This document shows positions 48,445 through 61,318 of a DNA stretch of 64,000 nucleotides, piece after piece. Origin of the DNA: Camelus dromedarius (taxonomy: Eukaryota); the NCBI RefSeq assembly GCF_036321535.1, contig NC_087436.1, forward strand, positions 121,706,001 to 121,770,000. The letters run 5' to 3'. Every line of letters begins with the position of its first letter. Position 1 is the stretch's first letter. The notes below the pieces were generated by a model that ran no database searches, had not been told where the DNA came from, and saw only the letters and a list, made by a program, of their open reading frames with translations. The translations under genes and the position numbers were made by a program.

Positions 48445-50745
48445 CTGCCGGTGCGAAGGGAGAAGGCAACGTGAGACAACAGTAAGTGCTCTGAACACTA
48501 AGACGCACAGAAAAGCAAGGTGAATTCAAAAAATGAACCATGTAAGAATACACACTTGGAAAAGGGCTACAAAGGGGCTAAGCTTAAACGCAACTATGCC
48601 AAGTCACTCCACTCCACGGAACCGTCAGACTTGCTGTCCTCACGCCCTCCTGACAGCGGGGGCGGCAGTTCACATAAAGGCACAGGAAACAAGGTCGGGG
48701 CCGCTGCTCCGCTCTCGCCGCAGGGCTCTCCCCGTGCGAGTGCGGCGGGGGTGCCGCCCTGGACGGACAGCGGTCACACGGCCTCACAGGCGCCACCAGG
48801 GCTCCGCAGGCACCCGGGCAGGTGGTGGCCGGTGCTGACGTGCTCACAAGGGTCGGGAGGACACAGAGGAAAGGGGCACCAGAAACTTCGAAACTCCTTT
48901 TCCCACCCGCAGACAGAATTCCCAACATATTTTCGCTACTGTGACAGAGCAAGTGGCTTCCTAAAATATTCAGTACAGGAAAGGCAAACACATAATGGTT
49001 GTTCCTGCTGTCCAAATCAGCAGGAAATCAATTTTCTCCTCAAGTGCAAGTCGTGTTTTATTGGTGACAACATAGTCCAGGGGCATAAATGGAACGATTC
49101 CTTCTGTTTAGAAAACAAATAAAAAACCAGAGACTGGCTCCTCCGTCACTGAGCTCCATAAGGCTCGTGCTCCTAAGAATCTTTGGCAGAAACATTTTGC
49201 ATGGGAAAATGTAACAGTCCTTCCAAATTTAAATTTTTTTCCACAATATTTCAGTAGGCAGTCTCGAGAGAGAATTTACTTGTCTTTATGTTTAAAGACT
49301 TAAATATAAAATTAGGTTAAGATTTTAATGACAGGTTTTTAAAACACCCGATGTGACAACTCAAGTAACAATTATATGAAATCCTGCTCCGTCTGCTAGA
49401 GGGAAGCCTCTCGGGAGGCGGCACCTGACAGACAGCTCCTGCCACGTGCCTCCCACAGCACAGTCTGGGCTGAACCCGCCACAAAGGGAACCCAAAGCCC
49501 AGGTGTGCTGCCTTCATTCCAACAACCAGCCAGCCATCAAGATGTGCGCAGGTTTGCGGGTCGCTCTGCAAGTGCCGTGCAAGGAGAGAGCACCCGGGGG
49601 CGCGTGGAAGCGGGGGGGGGGGGGGGGATGTGGCAAGGCTGTCGGGGCTGCTGTAGCATCATTTGGATCAGACGGCCTGAAGGACAAAGGACAGGAGTCC
49701 AGTGGAGGGCAGTCCCGAAATGCGTCCTGAGTCTCCAACCAATCCCAGAGGGAAGTCTCCAGGGCCTTGGGCCCCCTGGGACCCCGATGCTGAAGGTCCC
49801 CCCGCCCCGGGCCAGCAGGGCTTGGCAAACCCAGATGTCCTGGGGCAGAAGCAGGCCTCTCCTTCGAAGCCCCCTAATTAGACCTGAGAGCAGGTCCAGA
49901 CCTCCCTCAGGGCTGTGAGGTACAAGCAGGCCTCCTGACGGCTACTCCACTCAGTACAACAAACACAACTAGTTTTCAACCACAAAGAGCTAAGTTGGAA
50001 GCAACACATGCAGCCTGACCTCCAGCCCACTGTGGGCATGCCACCTCCTCCTCTGACCTCTGACTTGGCAAGGGCCTCACCTCCACCCAGAGCAACCCAT
50101 CCTACTGCCAGAACCCCCGTGACCCTCCGAGTCCCCCCCAGGCACCCCCAGGCCTGCCCGCTGAGGCGGCTCTTGCAGCCTGGCGTCTTTAATCTTTCCG
50201 TGGCTGAAACGGGAAGCTCTCCGATACTGCTCCACTGCAGGGGCCCGTGGAAGCCCTCCCAGAGAACTCTAGCGGAGCCACCTCTCCCGACACTCTCGAC
50301 GCCTTCAGGAACGACACGTGCGCTCACTAGCCACAGGCCCAGCTGCGGTCCAGCGCCGGGCCAACCTGGCTCGTGCCGGTAGCTCTTTGCTTTGGGGACT
50401 TCCCACGCCCTCTGGCGAGGTGGGAACGGCCCACGAGAGCTGGTCATTGCACTCCCTCACCCTCGACATCAACGCACGTGCAGGTCCTCTTCTGGAACAG
50501 CACTGCCTGATCCTCCTCTGCCAACAGGGGCCACCCAGGCCAGGGTCCAGGGGAAGCCAAGGGCCGGGTCCCAGCTGGGCTCAGAGTCAATCCTCCACCC
50601 AGTCTCTGGAAACCCACACCGCCCCCGACCTCAACAACCGAGGGCTCCTTCCTCTACCTCCCTGGGGAAGAAAGTCCTTCCAAGACCGAGTGGAGGCCCT
50701 GCCGCCTCCCCGGCCAGCAGCACACGGCCCCGGCAGCTTGTTTCA

Positions 50746-51093
<348 letters not shown>

Positions 51094-52217
51094 CTAAGAC
51101 AATTAAACAAAAATGTAACTAAGTTAAGTTTCAAGTTTTAATGATTTTGAATACAACAAATCTCAGAGCATAAAATTAAAAATGAATTTTTCTTATTATT
51201 CAAGTAATACCTGTTCATCATGAAAAGTAAATAAATAAGAAACAAACGGCAGGAAAAAGAAAAACCTGCCACCAAGTTGCCCAGAGGCAGTAAGTATTCC
51301 GGCAGTAATCTGTCAAGCTTCTATGTTCATGAAAGATCTGAACACAGACCCTCCACGAACATAGATCTTTAATGCAGGGCGTGTACAACTGTGTACACAA
51401 CGGCTATTTTTAAACTGAGAAAGGAGCAATTACAAGCACTAGTGAACGCATTTCCCACGTCTTTTCACGCCAACAAGCACCTGCAGTGTCTTTCCACCCA
51501 CTTGCAGGTTTCCTATCAGTGCCGAGAAGAAACAATCAGCCCTGATCCCACTGCCAAAGCTTCTCACCGACTACTACCAGCAAGTGCACGTGTCCATCAG
51601 GAAGCACAGACAGAACCAAAGTAGAGAAAGAACCCCGCCACCAGCCCTGGCTCTGCCCGCCGCCCGCCCCGGCACTGGGGCTGACACCTGCTTGCACGGG
51701 TGGCGTGACCGCCCCGGGGGGAGGCGCAGGCAGCGGCGCGTCCCCACACACTCTGGTCAAGCTCGCTAGACCACGGGCCCAGCCCTATCCGCACGGCTGT
51801 CCACCGCAGAGCTCAACTACTTCTGCGCCCAGAGAGCTAGTAGGCCCCTCCCTCAACGATTTAAAAAAATCACAAACACATGCAAAAATGCAGTGATGAG
51901 ACCCTTATAACGGAACCTTTGGGCAAACATTTTTCATTATTTCTTTAGGGTCAGTACAAGCTAGGAGTGGAGCCGCTGCTTTCGACCGTATCTTGATTTT
52001 AACCACAATGCAAACACAGCTTCACACACGATACAACCAGACCCTGAATTCAACCTGTGTATTATTCTTGCCAAGAGGCTTGCATGCCTTACAATTCTAA
52101 CGTAAACTTAGATAACTGTAAACCCTGCAGTTTACAAGCAGCCACCGCGTGCATCTAGGCACGAGCGCGGTGCCCCGGGACCCGCCGAGGCCCCGCGGCG
52201 CCGAGGCCGGCACTTAC

Positions 52218-52401
52218 CCCGCCGTGCCCGAAGAACTCACAGTAGCAGCAGTCGCAGTACTTGCCCTCCTTCTGGTTGGTGGAGGTCGAGGTGCTGGAGC
52301 TGTGCTCGGAGCAGCTGTCCTCGTCCGCGCTCTCGTCCCCGTCGTCCTGCTGCGGGTCGTAGACACCGTTCTCGCAGCGGTGCCCCTCGCAGTCGGGGTC
52401 A
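52218..52401 (-). CDS. FAM193A: FAM193A coding exon (acidic tract and CDCCYC motif)
   Basis: ttttgcag|T GAC CCC...GGC GGG|gtaagt, 184 nt. Translates (S)DPDCEGHRCENGVYDPQQDDGDESADEDSCSEHSSSTSTSTNQKEGKYCDCCYCEFFGHGG. Confidence 0.97.
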
Positions 52402-52846
52402 CTGCAAAAGAGCACACCGCGCAGGCACCATCAGCAAGCAGCCCCCCACCCGGGGTGACACGTCCTCCCAACCGGCCCCCCGGCGACCGCGAGCAGACCT
52501 GGGGGCTGTCAGCACGCGGTCCCTCCACTGTCCCTCCCACTGCCGCTCCATCCTGGGGGCTCCTAAGAGGGAGTCCCAAAGTAACAAAAACTGCCTTTAA
52601 AAAAAAACCCTGCTGAGTGCTCACTGTGTTGCTTTTTGATCAAGGTAAAACAAATACGACTCCAAACACCCAGGCCCGCCCCCGACTGACGCGGCTGGCG
52701 GTCCGGTGGTGGTCAGAATGCGGTCCGCAGTGGCCTGGCTCCGCAGAGCTGGGGCCGAGACTGGAGCCCCCGCCCCGCTGCACGGACCCGGGCGCGGCGC
52801 CCACACCCACAGTGCTCCCAGCTTTCCCCAGCAGGGCCCGGCTCAC

Positions 52847-53129
52847 CTGCAGACGCTGGGAGGTGCGCTCATGGAGCTGTCTGTGGTGGGGGGCGGGGGT
52901 GCCACAGGAGCAGGACAGAAGCTCTTGCGCGAATCCACAAACCCGGGAGAGGTGGTGGCAGTTTTGGGGAAGGATGGGGCTGCAAGATTTGCAAGGTGAG
53001 GCGTGGAGGCTGGCGGGAGGGCGGCGGGGGTGAGAGCGGGCAGCGGTGCCAAACCGGTGGGGCTGTTCCTGGGGGCGGCTGGCACCCCGTGCCTGTGGTC
53101 CTCCTTGTTGACGCCGTGGAAGACCTCAC
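52847..53129 (-). CDS. FAM193A: FAM193A coding exon (Pro/Ala-rich)
   Basis: gatgcag|GT GAG GTC...TGC AG|gtgagc, 283 nt. Translates (G)EVFHGVNKEDHRHGVPAAPRNSPTGLAPLP...SAPPSVC(S). Confidence 0.96.
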
Positions 53130-53199
53130 CTGCATCAGACACACGGGAGTCACCGCAACAGCCCAGGCAGGAGACTTTCGCGCTCCCGACTTAAAACTC

Positions 53200-53750
53200 T
53201 TTTACCAGCTCGTGGTCTGAAAATGTTCGAATCTCAGAAAACCTGAAGGTATCGTACCAAGAACACGCACGCACCCTTCACCTGGATTCATCCCGATTTC
53301 ATATTCATTACATTTACTTTATTTCTCTCTCACACTCACACTTGTTTTTGGCTCAACATTTGGAAGCTAGCTACACTCACTCACTCCTAAACGCTCCAGC
53401 CTGGACTCCTAGGATGCGCACACTTTGCTGTTTTCGCCACACGGGACATTAACGTTGATGTGGTGTCTCGGCTGGTGCACTCCTCCTGTCTCCCCACGTG
53501 TCCTGTGCAGCTTTCCCCCCCAACCCACCTCTTCTAAACTTTCTTTTTTCCTTCCACAACCCTGACATTTTGTCACCCGAGGCCAGCTGTCCACAATTTT
53601 GGATTTACAGTCTCGGGTTAGATTTGTCTGTGATGTTTCAGGCACGAACTTTGCAGAGCTGCAGTTCTGCGGGCTCTTCCCACCCGACTGCACAGGAGGC
53701 ACCGAACATGCCTGCTCCTGTCGGTGAGGCTACATGTGGCCAGCTGTGCA
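53200..53750 (-). mobile_element. Old L1MC/L1MD-type 3' end fragment
   Basis: gtaccaagaacacgcacgcacccttcacctggattca...gatttgtctgtgatgttt resembles an antisense L1MC 3'UTR. Confidence 0.5.
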
Positions 53751-54440
53751 GGGGCGGCTGGCCAGACGCCTGCAGTGACGGGCACCTTATCTTCCGTGGT
53801 CATCTGCCGGCCGACCAGGGGTGCCGCACTCCCTGAACTGGCACCCAGTGTCCCCACCCCCACTGACGACACTGCCTGGCCGTGGTCCCTGCAAACGTGT
53901 GGCAGCGGCCAGCGTCTCTGGAGAAGAGCTCTCCCGCCCCACCTCGAGCGCCTCGGGGACCCTGACTGGGCTGTGTGCCACAACCCACTCTGTCACCTCT
54001 GATGCTCACACTGGCCTAACCTTGGCTGGCGAGGCCTCTTGGATCCCGTTCCCAGATCCCCTGCCATCTGTCACTGGTCTCTGACTGCTCCCTGAGCTCT
54101 GACCAGTGGGACAGTGACGTCACCCACACACAAGGGTCCGAGTGGCAGCAGGGCCACATCCAGGCCAGGCAGCAGCCCCATCAGCCCCTCTCCACGTGCC
54201 CACAGAGCAATGGCCTCTTCCCATCACAGAACAGCAAGTGCAGAGAGCAAAGGCAGGACAGTGTGACAAGGCCCCGGAGAGAGTGATGTGACACAGGAAA
54301 ACCCTAACAGAGCCCTGAGGACACGCTCGTGGTGTGTGAGCACTCCCGGCTGTTCAGCTGCACTGACGTCTCTGGCCAGGAAGCAGCAGCAGATACCCAG
54401 AGCCAGCCGATCCTGGGGGTCCTGCGAGCTGGGGCCTTAC

Positions 54441-54713
54441 CTAGGGAAGGCGGTCTCTTGGATGACACCTTGAACTGGCTGTTGCTGGACTGCACCGTGG
54501 TGGCCGTGCAGGACACGGAGGAGGTGGCTGACGAGGTGGCCATCACAACTTTGTTCGCTTCCATAAAAGCATCTTGGAAATTGTACAAACACTTCTTTTT
54601 TGCAGCATTTTTTTTCTCCTTACTCTCGGAAACTGCAGGTGTTTCACCACTAGATGGAGGTGGAAGGGCTTCAGGTCTTGTTTCTGAGAGTGCTGGCCCT
54701 AACATATCACTCC
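54441..54713 (-). CDS. FAM193A: FAM193A coding exon
   Basis: tctgaag|GG AGT GAT...CTA G|gtaagg, 273 nt. Translates (G)SDMLGPALSETRPEALPPPSSGETPAVSESKEKKNAAKKKCLYNFQDAFMEANKVVMATSS...SKRPPSL. Confidence 0.97.
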
Positions 54714-54850
54714 CTTCAGAGAAGAATGGGAAAATTAAGCTTCTCAAAGACATAGCTAGCATTCAGCTAAAACCTAAAGGACACCCGCTGCCTGGACTAT
54801 GAACCCTGGGGCTGGGACCATGTGAGTTGGCTGGTTCTCATCCAGGAAAA

Positions 54851-55025
54851 AATGTACTGAGCACCTACTGTGTGCTAATTCCTGTGCTGGGTGCTCTCCA
54901 AAAGTCATTTGATTTAATGTCTTAACACTACTTTCTGAGCTTAGTACTATTATTCGTATGCTAAAGATGAAGAAACTGAGGCTCAGAGAGGCTAAGCAAC
55001 TTGCCCAAGGTCACACAGCTAGAAA
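54851..55025 (-). mobile_element. MIR
   Basis: gatgaagaaactgaggctcagagaggctaagcaacttgcccaaggtcacacagctag is the reverse complement of the MIR core. Confidence 0.9.
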
Positions 55026-55669
55026 CTCTTTCCAAGCACAGACCAGATGTCAAGTCTAGCTTGCTGTTCTGAGCACATGCAGGGGTGGGTGTGGGGCCCT
55101 CAGGGGCTCTAATCACATGAAACAGAGAAGAGGCACAAGTACCAGCCCCTTTTCAGGTGTGCCCTACCCTGCTACTGAAGAGACAGCCACATCTCAGCAG
55201 CGGAGGCAGCTGGGAGGAAGGTGCTTGTTAGAGGGGACAGATCCCATTGTGGGGTGGGGGGGTCAGTCAATACAGAAAGAGAGAAAAGGAGCATTAAGTC
55301 ACAGTGTTCAGGCCGCGCCACCCCAGTGCCCCAGGCTGAGGTCCAGTTGCTACCGCTGCTCGAGGACCAAAGGCCGAACGCCAACCCTGGAGACAAGACG
55401 CTCAGCAGCCCTGGGACGGGAGGGACCCAGCGTCCATAGGCCTGGCTGGCCAGCAGCTGCACTCGCTCTGCTGGTCGGTGCAGTGGGGCCTGACTGGCGG
55501 CAGATGAGAGGGGGCGGGCCCGGGGTCCCCCACCAGAGGCGGGGCAAGGGGAAGCAGCAGCCTAGGCTCGGCCACTCCAGGGCCCCTCCCAGAAAGGACA
55601 GGGACGGGGACGCAATCCACACAGCTCAGGCCAGTTTAAACTTTAAGAAAGTGTTAACAAGTTCCTTAC

Positions 55670-55868
55670 CAGAAACTGTATCTGGCAAGAACGCGCCAGG
55701 GTTCCAGTTCTTATCATTCATCACTTCTGATCCCCAAAGACTTATAAATTTAGAACTATTCCACTCTGGAGCACTCCCAAAACAGCTCGGGTAAATATGG
55801 TCTTGAAGAGATGCACTGAATACCTGATGCTTATTTGTGTGATTCTGAACAGGTGCTGGCGGTAAAGC
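55670..55868 (-). CDS. FAM193A: FAM193A coding exon (most 5' exon within the window)
   Basis: ttttgtag|GCT TTA CCG...TCT G|gtaagg, 199 nt. Translates ALPPAPVQNHTNKHQVFSASLQDHIYPSCFGSAPEWNSSKFISLWGSEVMNDKNWNPGAFLPDTVS. Confidence 0.96.
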
Positions 55869-56559
55869 CTACAAAAAAAAAGTTCTAATCACATATCAAA
55901 ATTTATATTCTGTTTACCTGAGCAGTTAAACTAGAAACAGACAAGTCATTGCTGAAACCTTGTGGGGTAGGCTTGCCGCAAACCAGCGTCGCGGCTGAAC
56001 ACATCTCGAGGAGCGCTCCCTGGGTCACCTGCGAGGCTGCACGCGGCGCGGCAGACGTGAACCAGACGTAGGTCTTAAACGCAATTGGTGCTCGTGGAAT
56101 CGATCCAACAGACTTCAGACAACTCGGTCACTTCTAACACTCCTCCCTGGTCACACTGCACACGAGGCCCGTTTGCATGAGACCTGTTCCTACGGCTGGT
56201 TCTCACCTGACATTTTCAAGATCGCTGCTAAAAAGACAACTTCGGTATCACTGATAAAAATGGCAAACTCTTACACTGTTCTCTCACACTTGGGCAAAGT
56301 GCAGTACAGGCCTGAAGAAGGATGGATTTTACGCTGAGCTCTGAACCACTCCCCTCCCGCCCCGGGGCAGACCCTTGTCTGAAGTTGCGGTCCACATATT
56401 CGTGAAGTGACTAGCTGTCGGCTGCTCCCTGCACACATCCGGGCACCTTCGGCCCGCCCTCCCTCAGCCCCACCTCACAGCCCCCTGCCTCCGCCCTGAT
56501 TCCTGATGCCATCTCCCCCTGTAGCACCGGGGTGGCTTTCTGGGTGTAAGTGAGGGTGT

Positions 56560-57560
56560 GTCACTCCCCTGCTTAGGCTGTGCCAGTGGCTCCCGCTGCT
56601 CTGACATAAAATCCAAAGTCCTGCACGTGGCCCGGCCTGTCCATGACCCTCCTGCCCGCCACGCCCCAGGATACACGGGTCCTCCCTTGGTCCTCAGACT
56701 TCGGGCTACTTCTTGACCCACGACATGCCCACGCTGTGTCCACACTCCAGAACATCCTAACCTCAGCCCCTGACCTTGCTGACCTGGGTTATCCTCCCGG
56801 CCACAGCCTAGATAGCACTTCCTTGGAAAAACCATCACTGCCTTTGCTCTCACCACCCAACACCCGAGACCCAGGTGGGCCCTCCCATCAAACACACTAA
56901 AATCCGTAATTGTCCCTCTCAGCCCTCACCACAGTTGTAACTGAAGACCCACTTGTAACCTATGGGTTTCACTCTGCCTTCCTCACGTTACGCAAGCTTC
57001 ACGAGGGCGGGGCTGCCTGGATCCCGGCCCTGCTGCCCCAGCACCTGCTGATGCTGGCCCACAGCTTTCCCACTCAGGTCTGCACACCGGGAGGATGGGC
57101 CCACCCACGGGAGCAAAGGTCTGCCTGGGAACATCCTCAGGGACACAGAAATGTGCAGTGAGGCTGTGTGCTCAAGTGGGAGGGTCTGGGGAGGATTCCC
57201 AAGGGCAGCTGATGGTCTGGCAGAACACTGAGGGCCCAACTGGGGCAAAGGGGGAAGGGACAGGACAGAGCACAGGTGGCCAACCCGACAGGCTGCAGGG
57301 CCACGTCTCCATGTGACTCCTGTCCTGAAGGGGCTAGGGAGCCACAGAGGGTTCTAAGCAGCAGGAAGAGATGATCTCCTCAGTTTACTAGAAGGACCCA
57401 GTGGCGACAATCTGCCGAGTGAGCCAGAAGGGGCAAGGATGACACTGAAAGCGGTTAGTACGGGGTGAGGAGTCAGGAAGCAATGGCGGGAAGACGGACA
57501 GGAGAGAAAGGGCTCTGAACTGTCCGGGCAACGTCTGAGTCTGTGGCCACCCTCGAGTCA
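56560..57560. mobile_element. L2 fragments (about 56560-57050 on +, about 57140-57560 on -)
   Basis: ccagtggctcccgctgctctgacataaaatccaaagtcctg (+) and ggttctaagcagcaggaagagatgatc (-) resemble L2 3' regions; old and diverged. Confidence 0.55.
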
Positions 57561-57654
57561 GAACTGCCATCTTTGGCTCCATCCCTGGGACGCATGGACC
57601 GTGACGGAGCTGGATGTGAACTCTCGTCCCATTCGCAGCCTTGGGCCGCACAGG

Positions 57655-57800
57655 CTGAGGGTTCAGACGCCAGCTCTCCCTTTTACTAGCTGTGTGACCT
57701 CAGGCAAATTGCTCAATCTTCTTGTGCTTTAGTTTTCTCATCTCTAATTTGGAAATACCTACCTCCAGGGGACGTGGTAAGAATTAAACCAGTGTCAGGT
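57655..57800 (+). mobile_element. MIR
   Basis: ttactagctgtgtgacctcaggcaaattgctcaatcttcttgtgctttagttttctcatct. Confidence 0.85.
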
Positions 57801-58569
57801 GTGCAGTGCTTCATCTGGCCCACGGGAAGCCCTTCGGGAGAGCTAAGGTGGGTCTCGCTGGGCAAAGAGCAGCCCCCACCCCGTCCCAGCCCCGCTGCCC
57901 ACAGTGCAGGGAGGGGTGGGCCGCCACGCTACCCGGGCAGCTGGACAGCTCCGCACGTCTACTGACCCGACCGGGCTCAGAGCAACGAAGGTGGAGGGTG
58001 AGGCTGGGGCGGACATTCAGGATGTGAAGGTGGGAAGACACGGGTCTGGACTGGATCCAAGGTCAAAGCAGGAACCTGATCTGGGAGTTGCTGGCGGGGA
58101 AGCCCCACCCGGGGCAGGAGTGAGGAAGGGATAAAACTGCACTCCCACGGATGCCAGTTTCCACAAAGTGTGACCAACTACGAGCTGCTTTGCTGAGAAG
58201 GGACTGAGGAAAAGTAACAGTCAAATGGAAGGTTTCTCAGTCTTGAGGACCTCCTGCTAAAAGGCAAACGCCTGATGGGGGGGGGGGGGCAGCCAGCCGC
58301 TGGGGGGCAGTGTCACCTCGCTCGCCCAGCTGTCAGCCCGCGACAGCAGCAGCTGATTCAGGGCTCAGAAGCTACTCAAGGAGTTCCTGACCACCCCCCC
58401 CCCCCACCGCCGCCCCGTCTCCCCAGGGCGTGTCCTTTGAAGCCCGACTCCAGCCTCACCACTCTGCAGAATCACCCACCGGCCGGACAGCCCCCCGGTG
58501 TTACTGCTCTACTTCGCACCTACAATTTCTGAAAAGGTACATCACGGTGGTTTGATTTTTCAAGTTTAT

Positions 58570-58690
58570 GATTTCATCTTCTCTTTAGACTGTGGGATCT
58601 CTGCAAACAGGGCCCGCGAAGAGCTGGTTTTCATTGTCCTGGTGGGCAGCACAGGGCCTGGTACACACTGGATGTTCAACAAGTGCCGAA
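58570..58690 (+). mobile_element. L2 3' end fragment
   Basis: tagactgtgggatctctgcaaacaggg...cagcacagggcctggtacacactggatgttcaacaagtg. Confidence 0.6.
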
Positions 58691-60639
58691 CAGAGGCTCG
58701 CTCAGAGGAAGAAGGGGCCACAACCATGACCCGGACCCACTGGAGACGTGCATGCGATTCACTTCCTCAGAAGCCCGTCCACTGGAAATGGGTCCATTTG
58801 TAGAGACCATGGGGACAGAGGGTCTGGAACAAACGAGCCCTGTTTGCAGGAGTGCTCCTGCACAAGCCACCGCGGGTTTCCGTCAGAAAAAAAGCAGCCC
58901 CGTCACTAGAGCACCCCAGGGCCGTGCCTCCAGAGTCCCTGGTGACGTGTCAACAAGTCTCTCAACACGTGGACAGTGCATTAAACTACACCGCTGATTT
59001 CAGCCTTTACACAAATCCACAGTGCCAATTACCTAAGTGTCGGCTGCTCTCCACCTTGATAGCAAAGTGATTCACAAGAAAGCGGACTCTGCTTTAAACG
59101 GAAGCTCTGACACACACTGACTGCCTTCACCATGCGCTCCTCTTGAGTCCAAGCAGGAGCCCTAAGGCCCAGCCTGTCTCGCTCCCCAACATGTCACCCC
59201 AGATGCCACGGACACGGAGGCAAGAGGCTGCCCCGCCGAGTCCTCAGACAGGAGGGGCCCAGTCGCCCCACGGGGAGGCCCTCGGCCCTGCGTTTCTCTC
59301 ACCAAGGCTCGTCAGCATGCTGCCACGGCTGGTGAAGGGCTCGGGCAGCACCTCTGTGCTGCTATTACTTGGGTCAGAAGAGCTGAATACTGCCTCTGAG
59401 GTACAACACAAATCAAAGTCACAGCATGACCCAAGGGCAATCTATTTACGTCTCAACTTTCACACAGCTCTCTTCTCCCTCAAGTGCCCCCTGAACTTAC
59501 AGCTGTGCCATGTTTCACTCTATGAGACACACTTGCAGTGGTTGCTCATAATAACCCAGCGTCGGAGGTGACAGGTGCACACGCCCAGAGCCATGTGGGA
59601 ACCATGTCACCAGGCTCCACTCGATGCACTGAGCTCCCTGACTATTCCCCAACATTCCTCATGCTCCTCTGGAGACTTCAGGACACGTCTCCGCCTTCAT
59701 TTATAGGCCCTTGTCAGTGTAGCAGTGGCTTCATCACACGTCTTCCAGGTGGAAAAGACACAGGATATAAAGTTGGAAGCCTCGAGCACTGCTCCTGGGC
59801 CGTGGCAGCTGAGGCTGCGCTGTGAAGGAGCAGAACGGGCAGCCCTCCCTGCTCTTCCCTTGAGGGTCAGAGTTCTCCCTCCACTTGGGTTTTGTCCAGT
59901 AAGGGGTGGGGGGCACTTCACTCTATGTCCCAGATGAAGGCACCAAATACCTTTGTAACAAAGTGCTGAGCTACAGAGAGCAAGCAAGGGAAACCTCTCC
60001 TGAAGAAGCGGTAAGAAGACAGCACGAAGAACAGGGTCAAGCAGACAAGAGCATGAAGGCGAATGTGTGCATGTCCGTGTGTGACTGGAGCATTACACCG
60101 CGCACCAGAAACTGACACAACGTTGTAAACTGACTGCCCTTCAATAAAAACAGATACACAAAAAAGCAATACTGCTCTTTTAGAAATACTTGTCTAAAAG
60201 GGATTTTCAATTTTTCATTAAAATATGTACATAATCAGAAACTGACAACTGAACAAAATATTTACTTCACTCTATGAATTAAGGCAAAAGAACTATAAAT
60301 TATTCATAATTTACCTCCTGCCTCTTCAATGAAGAATCTTGCCTCATTTTGTAAAAAAACAAAACAAAAAAACAAAAACCAAAAAAAAAACCCAGGAACA
60401 AGCAGAGGCGGGGAGGGGCGGCTGCCCTGAAGGCTTGCGCACTATCGGACAGCGACGGAGTCAAGTCTGCGGTCCCACGAGAGACCGGCGATCTGGAGAC
60501 TGTCGAGAGGAGCTGGAGGCCCAGGGTCAGAGCCCTGCTGGCACCTTTGCAGCAACAGAGGGAAGCCCTCTCTTGAGGAAGCAGCCCTACTCAGGGCCCC
60601 AGGGTTCTCGCAGAGCGAACTGACGGAACATGACCTCAT

Positions 60640-61286
60640 AATAAAAACATTTAGATCCTCCAGGTTTCATTCAAACACAGAACAACTATGTGAAAAATGC
60701 TTAAAGAAAGGAAAGATGAAAGAAAAAGTGATCAAGGAACAAGAGAATATAAAAAGTTGCTAACATATATGAAAAATAAAGCTTAGAAATACGAATTACA
60801 GGTGGGATTAAAAATTCAAACTTAAGTGGCAGATCAGACACAGTTAAGAGAATCACTTAAATAGAAGACTGATCCAAAGAAGTTCTCTGAATAGAATGTA
60901 AGACAAGGAGACAAGCTCCAGGTGAGAAGGGCAGAAGCTCAGAGAGACAGCACAACAGGGAAGCGGGGATACAAAAATTAGACGGCTGGGAACTATCAGA
61001 CAAGGCATTTAAAATCACTAAAATGCTCCGGGTTCTAACGGAAAAAGTATCCAACATGCAGGAACAAATGAGAAACAGAAGCAGAGAGTGTAAGATAGAA
61101 TCAAAAAGAAATGCTAGAAATTAAAAACGCCGTAATGGAAACGAAGAGTCAGCAGACTGGACACAGCCAAGGAAGGAACCGGCGCACTGAGCGTCGAGGC
61201 ATGTCATGAGAAACTTCTCAAACTGAGATGCAAAGAGAAACAAGAATTCAAACAAACAAAAACCAAAAATCACCCCACCAACGACC

Positions 61287-61318
<32 letters not shown>

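Noticed and set aside
59499-59520. Strong minus-strand donor GCT|GTAAGT suggesting a micro-exon
   Set aside because: No convincing acceptor or pyrimidine tract upstream; an isolated consensus match is expected by chance.
61287-61315. A29 tract as the tail of a retrocopy or SINE
   Set aside because: No preceding element body or TSD; it sits in an A-rich L1 stretch, consistent with slippage expansion.
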